From: a virus | Taxonomy: Duplodnaviria; Caudoviricetes | IMG/VR virus record: IMGVR_UViG_3300047160_000446 | Coordinates: 3,037-67,036 of that record | Length of the DNA stretch: 64,000 nucleotides | Strand: one strand, 5' to 3' | Program-made: the position numbers and the translations under genes | The notes under the pieces: model-generated | The model's database searches: none | Seen by the model: the letters and a program-made list of their open reading frames with translations, nothing else | What the model was told of the DNA's origin: nothing | Shown here: piece by piece, positions 10,216 to 19,967 of the stretch | How positions within the stretch are numbered: position 1 is the stretch's first letter | Layout of the letters: the number at the start of each line of letters is the position of its first letter

Positions 10216-11154
10216 ATGTCTGTCGAAATGAAAAACAAGAAGGTGAAGCAAGTCGCAAATCTGTTCCCCAACATGGACGGATTGCCGGAAATCGTGCAAC
10301 TTGTCAAGCATTATAGCGAGTCGAACCAGAAGAAAATTAGCTGGCCTCTTTACAAAGAAAAGAAGTTTGACGGCAATTATTGCATTATGATCGTGGTTGA
10401 TAATGAAGCCTATGCATTCAGTCGCGAGGGAAATCGTTTTACCAATGTCGGACATATAGAAGAAGATTTTGAAACTCTGATAGATGGTTGCTATATCGGA
10501 GAGCTTTACAATGATTCTTGTTCACATCTGGAAGAATTCAGCGGTTTGATTGGTCCGAAGCGGGTAAAGCCGTTGACGGAAGAGCAGGAAGAATTGAATT
10601 GCCATACCTTGATCGCCCTTTTTGACTTTGTAGAAGTCGAAGAGTTTCTTGCCGGTTACTCTTCCGTTCCTTATAAGGATCGTCGCCATAAGTTGATTAG
10701 CCGCGTCAACGAATGGAACGAAGTTGTCATGTATGAAGAAGTGTTTGACGAAGATCAATTGATGGAAAGCGCAAACAAGTCTTTCGAATTGGGCGAAGAA
10801 GGCGTTTGCGCCAAGAATCCGGAAGGCGACTGGAAACGTGGTCGCCGCGATCATAATAGCATGAAAGTCGTGCGTGAAATTGCGCACGATTTGACTTGTG
10901 TAGGCGTATGTGATGACGGCAAGGGCAAGCGAGCTGGCATGGCGGCGGCGTTCATGATGCAATGGAAGAATGGCCAAGAAATCAAAGTTGACCTTGGCAA
11001 AGGCTGGACCGATGAAAAGCGTATTGACGCGCTGAACAATCCGCCTATCGGAAAAGTATTCCGCGTTACCGCGATGAAAGAATCGTCGAATGGCATTCTG
11101 CGGAAAGCTAAAGTTCAAGATTTGCGGATTGATAAGACGAAGGGGGATTTCTGA
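10216..11154 (+). CDS. ATP-dependent DNA ligase
   Basis: Motif I EKKFDG, later LFD and EGVCAK, C-terminal OB fold; GGAGG before ATG 10216. Confidence 0.9.
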   Translation: MSVEMKNKKVKQVANLFPNMDGLPEIVQLVKHYSESNQKKISWPLYKEKKFDGNYCIMIVVDNEAYAFSREGNRFTNVGHIEEDFETLIDGCYIGELYNDSCSHLEEFSGLIGPKRVKPLTEEQEELNCHTLIALFDFVEVEEFLAGYSSVPYKDRRHKLISRVNEWNEVVMYEEVFDEDQLMESANKSFELGEEGVCAKNPEGDWKRGRRDHNSMKVVREIAHDLTCVGVCDDGKGKRAGMAAAFMMQWKNGQEIKVDLGKGWTDEKRIDALNNPPIGKVFRVTAMKESSNGILRKAKVQDLRIDKTKGDF

Positions 11155-11453
11155 TGTCTAGACGATACGAAAAGAAAATGATCAAGGTTGACAAAGTCAT
11201 CAAGTGTGACGAATTCATCAAATGCGATTGCTGCGGCAGGGAGAAGAAGGGCAGCGATTGGGGCGATAATTGCTTTCATGAAGCTGAAACGGTTGTCATG
11301 ATTCGAGATGGCGATATTTATCCGGAAGGAGATTATACGAAGACAGTTGAAGTTGATCTTTGTCCGCCGTGTTTCAAGTCAAAGCTAATCCCGTTCCTTT
11401 CTTCTATCGGATGCGATGTACGGACTAATTTCGAAAAGGAAGAGGGTTTGTAA
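11154..11453 (+). CDS. Cys-rich hypothetical protein
   Basis: CDCC and CPPC motifs. Confidence 0.7.
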   Translation: MSRRYEKKMIKVDKVIKCDEFIKCDCCGREKKGSDWGDNCFHEAETVVMIRDGDIYPEGDYTKTVEVDLCPPCFKSKLIPFLSSIGCDVRTNFEKEEGL

Positions 11454-11656
11454 TGATGGAATCGTGGAAGGGCGCGCGAATCCCGCCAGAACCAACGCGA
11501 AAAGGATCGTTCTACTGTAAGCGCGTTTATAACACTGTGACGGGCGATCATTATGATAGCTTGGCAGATGCCAGCAGAAAAACTAATGAAGCTTATCGCA
11601 CGATTCGCAATCATTGTTACGGAAACGTAATTCATCCTCGATGGAAGTTTGCATAA
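11453..11656 (+). CDS. stand-alone NUMOD1-like DNA-binding protein
   Basis: YDSLADASRKT...IRNHC...WKF pattern. Confidence 0.5.
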   Translation: MMESWKGARIPPEPTRKGSFYCKRVYNTVTGDHYDSLADASRKTNEAYRTIRNHCYGNVIHPRWKFA

Positions 11657-11659
11657 AAT

Positions 11660-11685
11660 AAAGCCCGGATCGTCTCCGGGCTTTT
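11660..11685. terminator. bidirectional intrinsic terminator between convergent arms
   Basis: AAAGCCCGGA-TCGTC-TCCGGGCTTTT. Confidence 0.85.
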
Positions 11686-11698
11686 ACATCAGTTTAAA

Positions 11699-12175
11699 CT
11701 ATTGCTTTACGACCGCTGTCCCCATCGGGCAGACGCCGAATAGCTCCAGGGGCGTCTTGCGACCGTCCAATCCAAGTCCAGGGAACGGCACGGTGCGCAC
11801 TTCGAAATGAAGATGTTGATCATCGCCCGTCATGCCTGCTGCGTTGCCAGAGCAGCCCGCAGCGCCCAAGCGGTCGCCACATTTGACAGCTTGGCCAGCC
11901 CGAACGCTGAATGCGGACAGATGGGCATATGCCGTATAGTTACCGTCAGAATGCTGGACGATTGCGATATTGCCGTAGTCGCTGCGAGCATCAGCGAAGG
12001 AAACGACGCCATCCGCGACCGCATAAACAGGCGTCCCAACGGGTGCGAAGAAATCCCATCCCTGATGCGGGCGCTGCGATCCATCTTGATTCCGGCGCAC
12101 CATGCCGAAGGTATTCGACACACTGCCGCGTCGAATGTAATTGCTAGCCAGAGGCCAATTATAACCAGTCTTCAT
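11699..12175 (-). CDS. M23 family peptidase, probable endolysin
   Basis: HQGWDFFAPVGTPVYAVADG, YAHL, HLHFEVR zinc motifs; last gene of the late operon. Confidence 0.9.
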   Translation of the reverse strand: MKTGYNWPLASNYIRRGSVSNTFGMVRRNQDGSQRPHQGWDFFAPVGTPVYAVADGVVSFADARSDYGNIAIVQHSDGNYTAYAHLSAFSVRAGQAVKCGDRLGAAGCSGNAAGMTGDDQHLHFEVRTVPFPGLGLDGRKTPLELFGVCPMGTAVVKQ

Positions 12176-12184
12176 TTTTCTTCC

Positions 12185-12559
12185 TTATTCATATTTATCA
12201 TATTTGATTTCTGTAACTTCGGACATTGATTCGTGCGCTTTGTTTCTGTCGCCGTTCGCCTCTCCTTTGTCAGAATACATCTTAGAAAGAGAAGGAACAT
12301 TGTCTTTGTCTGGAAGGACAAATGCAAATGCTGAATGGCTTTTTGTTCGCATCATCAAGTTCCATCCTGAGTCTGATGGAGGGTCTTTTATGTTTCCGTC
12401 CAAGTCAAAGAAACAAACAGATTCTTTTCCCTGGACGGAAACAAGTGCAACAATTGGATACGGTCCAACAAAATCAAACGCTACGATTCTCGCGTCATTG
12501 CCGTTAGATGTGCATACCGGGCGTCCTTCTTTGGCTTCTCTCAATATGAAGTTTTTCAT
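12185..12559 (-). CDS. phage hypothetical protein, paralogue of 13523-13903
   Basis: AKEGRPVCTSNGNDARIVAFD vs TKAGMPVCTKSGNSVRILAFD. Confidence 0.8.
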   Translation of the reverse strand: MKNFILREAKEGRPVCTSNGNDARIVAFDFVGPYPIVALVSVQGKESVCFFDLDGNIKDPPSDSGWNLMMRTKSHSAFAFVLPDKDNVPSLSKMYSDKGEANGDRNKAHESMSEVTEIKYDKYE

Positions 12560-12581
12560 GTTTTCACCTTGTTGATATTGA

Positions 12582-12830
12582 TTACATTATTTTGTTTACG
12601 ACTTGATTAACTTCGTCTTGCACTTGATCCGAATTGTCATAAAGATTCTTTGCCCAAGCGACGATTTTGTCGTCTGTTTTATTTTCTGTTTTGTCCGCGA
12701 AATGTTGCGCTAAAGTAAACAAGAGATTTGCAAGTTCCTTCTCTGCAATAGCATTAAATGCGATCTTGAAGATTATCGAAATCAATGCCTTGCATATAAG
12801 TTTGATCATAAATTCCGCAATGAATATCAT
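12582..12830 (-). CDS. small membrane-associated lysis-region protein
   Basis: Hydrophobic N-terminus, KTENKTDDKIV motif. Confidence 0.65.
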   Translation of the reverse strand: MIFIAEFMIKLICKALISIIFKIAFNAIAEKELANLLFTLAQHFADKTENKTDDKIVAWAKNLYDNSDQVQDEVNQVVNKIM

Positions 12831-12832
12831 AT

Positions 12833-13462
12833 TTATTCCAATAGCCGACTAGCGGCAATGACTAATTCGTTAAGAACATGATACTCGTTTCGAGGCTTGT
12901 CCTCGAAGCCTATAGCAATAATGCCTAGAAATTCCTTGCTATAGCCTGCTGGGACGCTTATGGCACAAACATATTTTATTTTATTATATACTGCTGCTTT
13001 ACTGCTTAAAACTGTGGTTTCTGGATTATATTCCGCGCAATACCTTTCTCCCCTTATAAGCCTGACGGTTCTAGCATTATCTGCGGCGGATGTTTCGTTG
13101 AATAGCGTATCATCAAAACCTTCGACGGACATATCATGTTCGCCGCCAACAGTGTAATACGCTATCTTCCTAGCATCAGCTGAAATGTTGACAAGGGAAA
13201 TGGAGATAATCCCAGCGTTAGTGTTTTTATTTAATCTCTGTCCAACCTCCTCAAAACGTTTAGCGTTAATATGTGGTTTTAATATCCGTTCCGCTAGTTG
13301 CGGGCGAACTATATCCCAACTAGAATAAACCATGGCAAATGTAGTTGAAATAACCGTGAAAGAAACCACGGTAAAAAAGTTCTTCCAACTTCTACTAGAC
13401 CACACAAGCAGCCATTTAAGACTTTCTATTCGGCTTTGATTCTCTTCTATAGACTTGGCCAT
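12833..13462 (-). CDS. holin with T4 gpT-like architecture
   Basis: 209 aa, one N-terminal TM (about aa 26-48), large C-terminal domain with two Cys and CAISVP...FLGIIAIGF; next to the peptidase. Confidence 0.6.
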   Translation of the reverse strand: MAKSIEENQSRIESLKWLLVWSSRSWKNFFTVVSFTVISTTFAMVYSSWDIVRPQLAERILKPHINAKRFEEVGQRLNKNTNAGIISISLVNISADARKIAYYTVGGEHDMSVEGFDDTLFNETSAADNARTVRLIRGERYCAEYNPETTVLSSKAAVYNKIKYVCAISVPAGYSKEFLGIIAIGFEDKPRNEYHVLNELVIAASRLLE

Positions 13463-13522
13463 ATTGTTGTCTTTGAAATGGTTAAGGTAAATTGTTACTT
13501 TCGTATTATTTCATCATTCTCC

Positions 13523-13903
13523 TTATTGATAGATTTCGCAATGGACGTCAACAATTGGCGAAATTGTCTTCGGGTTTTTATCATAATCAATCTTTGCTGC
13601 ATCATTCGTCGGATAAGGAGGGCTGCATTCCGGAGAACCTGCCGAATTGATAAAGATGAAGATGAATTTCTCTACAGGCGTCGTCTTCATCATCAGATTC
13701 ATAGAATCATCTGATACGGAGCTAGGCCCTTTATAGGTTCCATCATTCAAATAAAACGCGGTCTGTTCTTTTCCGTCGATGGTAATTGCTGCAAGAATCG
13801 GATAATCCCCGCCGAAATCAAAAGCAAGAATCCTTACTGAATTTCCCGACTTGGTACAAACCGGCATGCCGGCTTTTGTTTCTTTTAGATCAAATGCTTT
13901 CAT
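13523..13903 (-). CDS. phage hypothetical protein, paralogue of 12185-12559
   Basis: See paralogue; AGGAGA RBS. Confidence 0.8.
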   Translation of the reverse strand: MKAFDLKETKAGMPVCTKSGNSVRILAFDFGGDYPILAAITIDGKEQTAFYLNDGTYKGPSSVSDDSMNLMMKTTPVEKFIFIFINSAGSPECSPPYPTNDAAKIDYDKNPKTISPIVDVHCEIYQ

Positions 13904-13912
13904 ATATTCTCC

Positions 13913-15064
13913 TTAAGATTTAATAACTGGTCCATATTTATGCGGAACAAACCCAACGTAAACAGGTTCATTCGCACCTCCAACGCATCGGACTGATGCC
14001 CCGGCAGCGCCTGGAATATTCCATCGCCCGCCCATTCCGCTGTTTTGAACATTACAAGCATTTCCAGGCATACCCCACGCGCCGCCCGCGCCGCCTGCTG
14101 CTTGCGTACCATTTCCAGGCTGAACAGTTCCGCCGTTAACCGTGGAATAAGACGGCTGTGCGGCTTGGAATGATGTCGAAGCGTATGATGCACAAGCGTA
14201 AAGAACGCTCGCGCCAATGTCATACACAATTACGCCGGGACCGCCGCCGCCGCCATCAGCACCAGCGCCAACAACGCCGAAACCGTCATTACCGCCGCTT
14301 GTCGAGTTAGTGGTTTGATTGGCGATTGCGGAGAACGCTCTCCCGCCTCCTCCGCCCGTTGCAGCATAGTGGACGTGATAAACCCTATCAAAGATGCCAT
14401 TCGCGCCACCTGCGCCCATTGCACCGCCTGCGCCGCCAACAAACGACGATCCATAACAATAGATGCCGCCACCTTTGCCGCCGCCTGCGCCGCCTCCGCC
14501 GCCAGCAGCAAGCCATCCGTTGCCGGTAGAAATCCAAGCATCAGCGATATAAGCTCCACCGCCGCCGCCTCCGCCTGCAAGGTTGACGTTTGCGCTAAGA
14601 ACATTAAACGTCAAATTGGTATTGCACAGAACAGCCGGCCCGCCATCGCTGCCAACTTGCGGCTGATTGTTCGATGCGATATAACCGCCTTCGCCGCCCA
14701 TTCCCAAAAACAAAACGCCATTGTTGATGTAAATCATAGCGTCAGACGGAATACCGCTGAAATCGATTCCAGGGTTCGCGGTATTAGCCGAATAACAAAC
14801 GCAGCTATCTTTGAATGTTATTCGCAATGGATCGGTTTGATTCCACCCTTGATTAATTGCTGATTGCAAAACATTGGGGGAAACATACCAACCATCGAAA
14901 ACAACATCAAATATTTTCACCCATACAAGCGACCACGTTTGAGAAGTTCCGTTGAACCTGAAAATCTTTTTTGCCGTCAGCCATTGACCACTCCGATTGT
15001 GTTGCGGCGTAGCCATAAAAGTCCATTGGCCGTTTGTATATCGATATGCTTTGTAAGTTGCCAT
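13913..15064 (-). CDS. receptor-binding adhesin, gp38-like polyglycine protein (start reassigned to 15064)
   Basis: Trp-rich N-terminus, INNGVLFLGMGGEGG, LAGGGGGGGA and further Gly runs; follows tail fibre; AAGGA RBS. Confidence 0.75.
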   Translation of the reverse strand: MATYKAYRYTNGQWTFMATPQHNRSGQWLTAKKIFRFNGTSQTWSLVWVKIFDVVFDGWYVSPNVLQSAINQGWNQTDPLRITFKDSCVCYSANTANPGIDFSGIPSDAMIYINNGVLFLGMGGEGGYIASNNQPQVGSDGGPAVLCNTNLTFNVLSANVNLAGGGGGGGAYIADAWISTGNGWLAAGGGGGAGGGKGGGIYCYGSSFVGGAGGAMGAGGANGIFDRVYHVHYAATGGGGGRAFSAIANQTTNSTSGGNDGFGVVGAGADGGGGGPGVIVYDIGASVLYACASYASTSFQAAQPSYSTVNGGTVQPGNGTQAAGGAGGAWGMPGNACNVQNSGMGGRWNIPGAAGASVRCVGGANEPVYVGFVPHKYGPVIKS

Positions 15065-15072
15065 ATCAGTCC

Positions 15073-16869
15073 TTAATTCGTAAAGAACAAATCGCCTTCT
15101 TGCCAAGGGGAGCCATCCGGCCTCAATGCCGGGGCTGACGCTCCGCCATTATAACCGGCGATCATGTGAGACATTCGAACCCATGTTCCAAACGTCCAGA
15201 CGTTGGCAGCGAATTTTCCCATACGAACCCACATAGCTTCTTGCGGCGATCCTGCTACAGTGTTGGGGTCGGGCTTCCAAATCGTTTGGCGAACATAGCC
15301 GCCAGAAGTGAAAGAGTTTGGTCCGCCAAAAGAAACAACGCTAATGTTAATAAATCCCGGTCCCGGCAAATCAGAAGGCGCATTGGTCAAGCTGCCGTAA
15401 TTAAGAGTCCAGTTCCCGTCTGTTGTGTAAGTGTTCAAGTCTGTTGCGGAGCCTGTAGCCGGAGCCACAATGCCGCTAGTATTCATTCTTGTGGAAAGCG
15501 TTCCAAGATCGGTACACCAAGAATATTTCGATCCAGTTAGATTTCCGTCAGAAGTCCAATTGGAATTTACCGATCTATTGCTATTGTAAATTCTCTGAAA
15601 TGCATCTCCAGTAGCAGACACTCCAAGCAGCCATTGAGAACCTTGGCCGGCAACAAACGAAGCCCAATAGCCAGGAGCGGAACCGCCCGATCCTGCCGAA
15701 TATCCAAGAGCTAATATTGCATTTCCCGATCCATCGACAACACGATGAATTATCTGTGAATTTCCAGCAGGATTTGCAGTTTGTTGCAACAGCGGTTTTG
15801 CTTGTGTGTTATCTGCCCAGCTAGATTGCGCGGTTCCTCGATCAACAGCACTAGAAAAAACCGGCCCGACACCTGCATAGTTATTTACCAAAGCCCCTGT
15901 CATTGTGTCGCCGGCTTTGGCAACTTTATCAGCGCTGCTAGTTGTCTGCCATGCAGTCCAAGAGGTTCCGTTAAACGCTCTCCAAAGAATGGCTTGTGTC
16001 GTGTCGCAGTTGTAAACGACCTGAACTGTCACATTTGGTGACAAAGTATCAATCACGTTTAACATTGCATTACTAGAAACAGGAACTATCGGAGGAGCAT
16101 TATTGCCTATTTGGTTTGGCAATACTTTCGCATATCCCGGAGAAACCAACGTATCCCAATTTGATGCTACGGCGACATCCGACAGGTCTACTCTCGCAAC
16201 TTGATTTAATCCTGCGACTTCTTTCCAAGCGGTCCAAGATGTAGCGTCTTGTCGGCCACGAATAAACAACTTGCCGTCGCGGCTGGAATACCGCTGTTCA
16301 ACAAAGTTACCATCGCCGCGAATCTCGATCATGCCCGCGAGAGTGTAAGGGCTGTTCGGGGAGCCCGCTGCTATCGCGTCAGATGGAATAGTGTACGTTG
16401 ATGGAACAAAAATAGTGTTGAAATCTGTCGGAGTAGATATATTCCCACTATACGGCATAGGAATTCTAGCGCGCGTCGCGGCTGGAGTCTCAAGCAGTTC
16501 CCAATTAGAATCTGTTCCCGGTTGCGATGAATTATTGTCAACGCTGCTAACATACATAAGACCGTTAAATCTTACGTTAGCGTATTTTACATACGGAGGC
16601 CATTGGCCCGGATTAGTTCCTTGCGGAGCGAACCAATCCGGAAACATTTGTTGTTGCCATTGCTGGATGTTCTGAGTTGCGTCATACATCAGACCATTAA
16701 ACAGCTTACGTTCAATTGCTTTTGCGTCAGGTTCGACATTCAATTGCAATTGATAATCCAGCGTGTAACCAGTGTTATACGCCACGTATCCAGGCTGTGT
16801 CCGGCTGTCCGGCAAAGAATCTCGTTCTGCACTGTCTGCGGCGAAAGGATAAATTATAGCGCGTGCCAT
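15073..16869 (-). CDS. long tail fibre protein
   Basis: Follows baseplate wedge genes; repeated TAW/TSW fibre modules, KVAKAGDTMTG motif. Confidence 0.85.
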   Translation of the reverse strand: MARAIIYPFAADSAERDSLPDSRTQPGYVAYNTGYTLDYQLQLNVEPDAKAIERKLFNGLMYDATQNIQQWQQQMFPDWFAPQGTNPGQWPPYVKYANVRFNGLMYVSSVDNNSSQPGTDSNWELLETPAATRARIPMPYSGNISTPTDFNTIFVPSTYTIPSDAIAAGSPNSPYTLAGMIEIRGDGNFVEQRYSSRDGKLFIRGRQDATSWTAWKEVAGLNQVARVDLSDVAVASNWDTLVSPGYAKVLPNQIGNNAPPIVPVSSNAMLNVIDTLSPNVTVQVVYNCDTTQAILWRAFNGTSWTAWQTTSSADKVAKAGDTMTGALVNNYAGVGPVFSSAVDRGTAQSSWADNTQAKPLLQQTANPAGNSQIIHRVVDGSGNAILALGYSAGSGGSAPGYWASFVAGQGSQWLLGVSATGDAFQRIYNSNRSVNSNWTSDGNLTGSKYSWCTDLGTLSTRMNTSGIVAPATGSATDLNTYTTDGNWTLNYGSLTNAPSDLPGPGFINISVVSFGGPNSFTSGGYVRQTIWKPDPNTVAGSPQEAMWVRMGKFAANVWTFGTWVRMSHMIAGYNGGASAPALRPDGSPWQEGDLFFTN

Positions 16870-16873
16870 CGTC

Positions 16874-17425
16874 TTAAGCCCTTATCAAAGTCTTAACGCC
16901 TGCAATAGACGGAAGAATGTTGTAGTTTGTGAATGCGTTTCTTAGGTTTGTGGATATCGGCTGATTAAAGACATATTCTATAGTCATGTCCTGATGATCT
17001 AGAACGTACCCGCCGCCGACATTAACGAAAGCATCCGCTATAGCTCCGTTAATAAACGGCACAGTCCCATTCCCTACATATCGATACCATGCCATTTTTA
17101 AAACGATTATCTTCTCTTCTTTTGTCAAATTAAGAGAGCCTGCTCCAGATGCAAAGTTTGCATAATGAAAGTTTTCATTATAAGGGCCAAAGCCCCAAAC
17201 TGGAGTTACACCCAACGGAGCGAAAATTTCTAGCGGAAGATTAAGAATTATCGCCCATAGCCCTATGCCATAATTATTCGCTGTGTTTAGATTGAAACCG
17301 TTGTAATACCAGTTTATCCAAAATTGATCATCGTTTTTAAAATACCATGTGTCTTTCGATAGAATCAATGATGTTAACGCTGGCGCTTTGTCATATTGCC
17401 AAGTTATCGCTTCTTTAATTGACAT
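16874..17425 (-). CDS. baseplate wedge protein (DUF2612-like)
   Basis: WQYDKAP...LNTANNYGIGLWAIIL; TAATG overlap with upstream gene. Confidence 0.75.
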   Translation of the reverse strand: MSIKEAITWQYDKAPALTSLILSKDTWYFKNDDQFWINWYYNGFNLNTANNYGIGLWAIILNLPLEIFAPLGVTPVWGFGPYNENFHYANFASGAGSLNLTKEEKIIVLKMAWYRYVGNGTVPFINGAIADAFVNVGGGYVLDHQDMTIEYVFNQPISTNLRNAFTNYNILPSIAGVKTLIRA

Positions 17426-18663
17426 TATGGAAGGACTTCCACAGTAATTGATGAAAATGGCAGAACTGCTTTTTGCCAAATATTAATTACAATTGGGTCT
17501 CGACTTTCTGTTCCGCCTTGCAATGCTACTAGGCAATCAGAGATATAAATTCCAGGGACGCCGCGCATTGCTGCACCGGAAAGTTCAAAAGGAGAAACAT
17601 CCGCACCTATCACAAAGCCGGGCTCTCCGGGAAGCTGTCCAAGCGTATAAGCAACAATTGCATCTCTAATCGATTTTTCCAAATCTTGAATAGAAGCATT
17701 TTTCTGAACCCTCACGCGACAAGTAACAGGAACCATAGCAGGGCGAACAAAAGTAACGCTGTATGATTGTCCGCTTCGATAGTCCTTTACTGATTGAACA
17801 ACCGGAGTTCCTTGATTGCCTGCCGAAAATTTAGAGCCGCCTGATTTGCTGGTTAGAGCTCCTCTAGCAACATCATAATCACTGCCACCATCAACACAAA
17901 CCCAAAGAGAGTTAGGCGGCAAAGTCACGCCATCAATCACTTGTTGCGTTGCCTCTACATTCTCCCGAAGAGCAATGTTTTTTACGCCACTTATTTGATT
18001 CGAATTGATGTTTGCAAACATCGCGCCCACAGAATTATTTCCGTAGGAATAAAGCATGGAATTTCTGTAAAGCCTTAATTCCGAATCAGACATGAAGTTC
18101 TGTCCCGGAATTGCTTGATTCGGATTAGTTACAGTCTTCCATCCGTTGATGCTGTCAACAATCGTGTTCATTGTTGCAGGATCGGCAGTTATATTGCCGG
18201 CGATAGTACATGTAAAATCCGCTGTCCCTACGCCATTACTCGTTCCAGTTCCGTCATCCACCAGCGTGACGTCTGCATTGCTCGCCCAATAGGTGTTAGG
18301 ATCGGTTGCCGCGCGAGATCCTTTAGGGATCAATGTTCCGATAGCTCCACTAAGAACCGCTCCAGGGATTACGGAAAACGTTGCTCCTACAGGATTGATG
18401 CCGTTCAGGGCGCATATGGACTGAAGAAACGTCCCTGTCGCATTGTTGGGGTTTATCTGGTTCGCAACGTTGCAATTTCCTTGAAGAACAGCAGACCTTG
18501 CCGCGACTTCTGCGTCAATCAGACGTCCCTGCGGCGTAGAAGGATCGAGAATCAAATCTTGTCCTAGCGCGCTGGTCCATTCTGTTTCGACATCTGTTAG
18601 AAGCGTTCCGGTATCTGGAAGAACAAGACCTTGTTCCGGAGTGTAATTATAATATGGTCCCAT
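17425..18663 (-). CDS. baseplate J-like protein
   Basis: DPSTPQGRLID, NQINPNNATG, SDSELRLYR motifs. Confidence 0.85.
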   Translation of the reverse strand: MGPYYNYTPEQGLVLPDTGTLLTDVETEWTSALGQDLILDPSTPQGRLIDAEVAARSAVLQGNCNVANQINPNNATGTFLQSICALNGINPVGATFSVIPGAVLSGAIGTLIPKGSRAATDPNTYWASNADVTLVDDGTGTSNGVGTADFTCTIAGNITADPATMNTIVDSINGWKTVTNPNQAIPGQNFMSDSELRLYRNSMLYSYGNNSVGAMFANINSNQISGVKNIALRENVEATQQVIDGVTLPPNSLWVCVDGGSDYDVARGALTSKSGGSKFSAGNQGTPVVQSVKDYRSGQSYSVTFVRPAMVPVTCRVRVQKNASIQDLEKSIRDAIVAYTLGQLPGEPGFVIGADVSPFELSGAAMRGVPGIYISDCLVALQGGTESRDPIVINIWQKAVLPFSSITVEVLP

Positions 18664-18994
18664 TTATCGCGGCCTCTCCATAAATTGTATATATGGTCAA
18701 CGAGTAACTTAAATTATCGGCTTCTTGCATTACAGAGAAATCGCCGATGGAAAGAACTCCGGGAAGATTTAATATCTCTGTTGTCAAAGAGGTATAGAAA
18801 GAATCCATGTCTCTTTGATTCCAAATCGTATTATCGTAATCTATGCCTCTTGTTTTATCGAATTGAAATTCGGCTTTTAGAGTCATCGACACTTGAGTGC
18901 AAGCCTGTCTTAAAGCGTTCAAATCGTTTGCGATTACGAGATTTCCGCCAACCGTGAAAATATCATTGACCGAATTCACACTAAGAGTTTGCAT
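18647..18994 (-). CDS. baseplate wedge/sheath initiator (gp25-like)
   Basis: EFQFDKTRGIDY...ILNLPGVLSI...YTIYG; position. Confidence 0.65.
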   Translation of the reverse strand: MQTLSVNSVNDIFTVGGNLVIANDLNALRQACTQVSMTLKAEFQFDKTRGIDYDNTIWNQRDMDSFYTSLTTEILNLPGVLSIGDFSVMQEADNLSYSLTIYTIYGEAAINGTIL

Positions 18995-19003
18995 AAATCA
19001 CCT

Positions 19004-19861
19004 TTAATTTTGCGGTCCAGTCGTAGGAGCCGTTGCCCCTTGTGCTGTGTGATGATGACTTTCGACGTTGCTACCACCGATAGTTGCATTCGGAGCAGTA
19101 ATTTTTCCGCCAACATCCAACGTTCCGGCCAGAGACGCTTTTCCGGCTACAGGTGATCCGCCGCCCTGTGCAAGGCCGCCTGCAATCGTCGCATTAGCAG
19201 CTAGGGTAGTATCACCCTTTGTCAGAAGCGTTTGATCAAGAGTTGTTGCGCCTTTAACTTCTAGAGTCCCGGTTATTGTCGTTGTTGGAGTATCAATTGT
19301 TACTGAAGCCCCGGCTTTCACTGTTACCGTCTGAGGCGTCACAATGTTGATATGATCGGAGAAGATCGCGACTTGTGTCGCTCCGTCAACACTGCGAATA
19401 ACCATTGCTCCGTCAGCCCCTGTAATAGCAGAATATTTGCTATATACATCCGGAACAAACATTGCACCCGATTCGAAATTGTGAAATCTGGTTGTCGCGG
19501 CTGGTTGTTCCGGCGCGTCTTTTATGTGTTGCAATATAAGAGATATATCTCTATCGCACGCATACAACCAACCAATATCGTTAGGCACGAGAGGGAAATT
19601 AATATGAAATCCGCCGCCGCCAATAGATAAAACAGGAACTTGGGAAATATCATCTCTGCTGAACATTTGTCCATTAGTCAGAGATATTTTTGAAAGAGGT
19701 TGAACAGTCGCTATATTAGCGTTTCTGTTGTAGGCTAAAACTTTGGCTGGTAAACAAACATCAAAATCCATCATGAGTTTGTTGAAAACAAAATTCAAAA
19801 CATCTTTTTGTTTTCCATAACCGTCCATCGGGTTTTGCCCAAGAAGCAAACCATCAGCCAT
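19004..19861 (-). CDS. baseplate central spike protein
   Basis: LPAKVLAYN..ATVQP OB fold, beta-helix repeats, terminal SHHH metal-binding motif. Confidence 0.85.
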   Translation of the reverse strand: MADGLLLGQNPMDGYGKQKDVLNFVFNKLMMDFDVCLPAKVLAYNRNANIATVQPLSKISLTNGQMFSRDDISQVPVLSIGGGGFHINFPLVPNDIGWLYACDRDISLILQHIKDAPEQPAATTRFHNFESGAMFVPDVYSKYSAITGADGAMVIRSVDGATQVAIFSDHINIVTPQTVTVKAGASVTIDTPTTTITGTLEVKGATTLDQTLLTKGDTTLAANATIAGGLAQGGGSPVAGKASLAGTLDVGGKITAPNATIGGSNVESHHHTAQGATAPTTGPQN

Positions 19862-19938
19862 GTCCGCCCTTAGTAAAGTAGATTTGATTCAGTATACAGG
19901 GGACGTGTTCATTTGTAAAGAAAATCAACAAATCTTCC

Positions 19939-19967
19939 AGTATAGCACGAATTTTAAAACTCGTAAA
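19939..19967 (-). promoter_or_regulatory. sigma70-type late promoter
   Basis: TTTACG-17 nt-TATACT with TG extended -10, in the gap upstream of the spike gene. Confidence 0.65.

Noticed and set aside
13913-16869. Diversity-generating retroelement targeting tail fibre or adhesin
   Set aside because: No reverse transcriptase and no template/variable repeat pair seen in the window.
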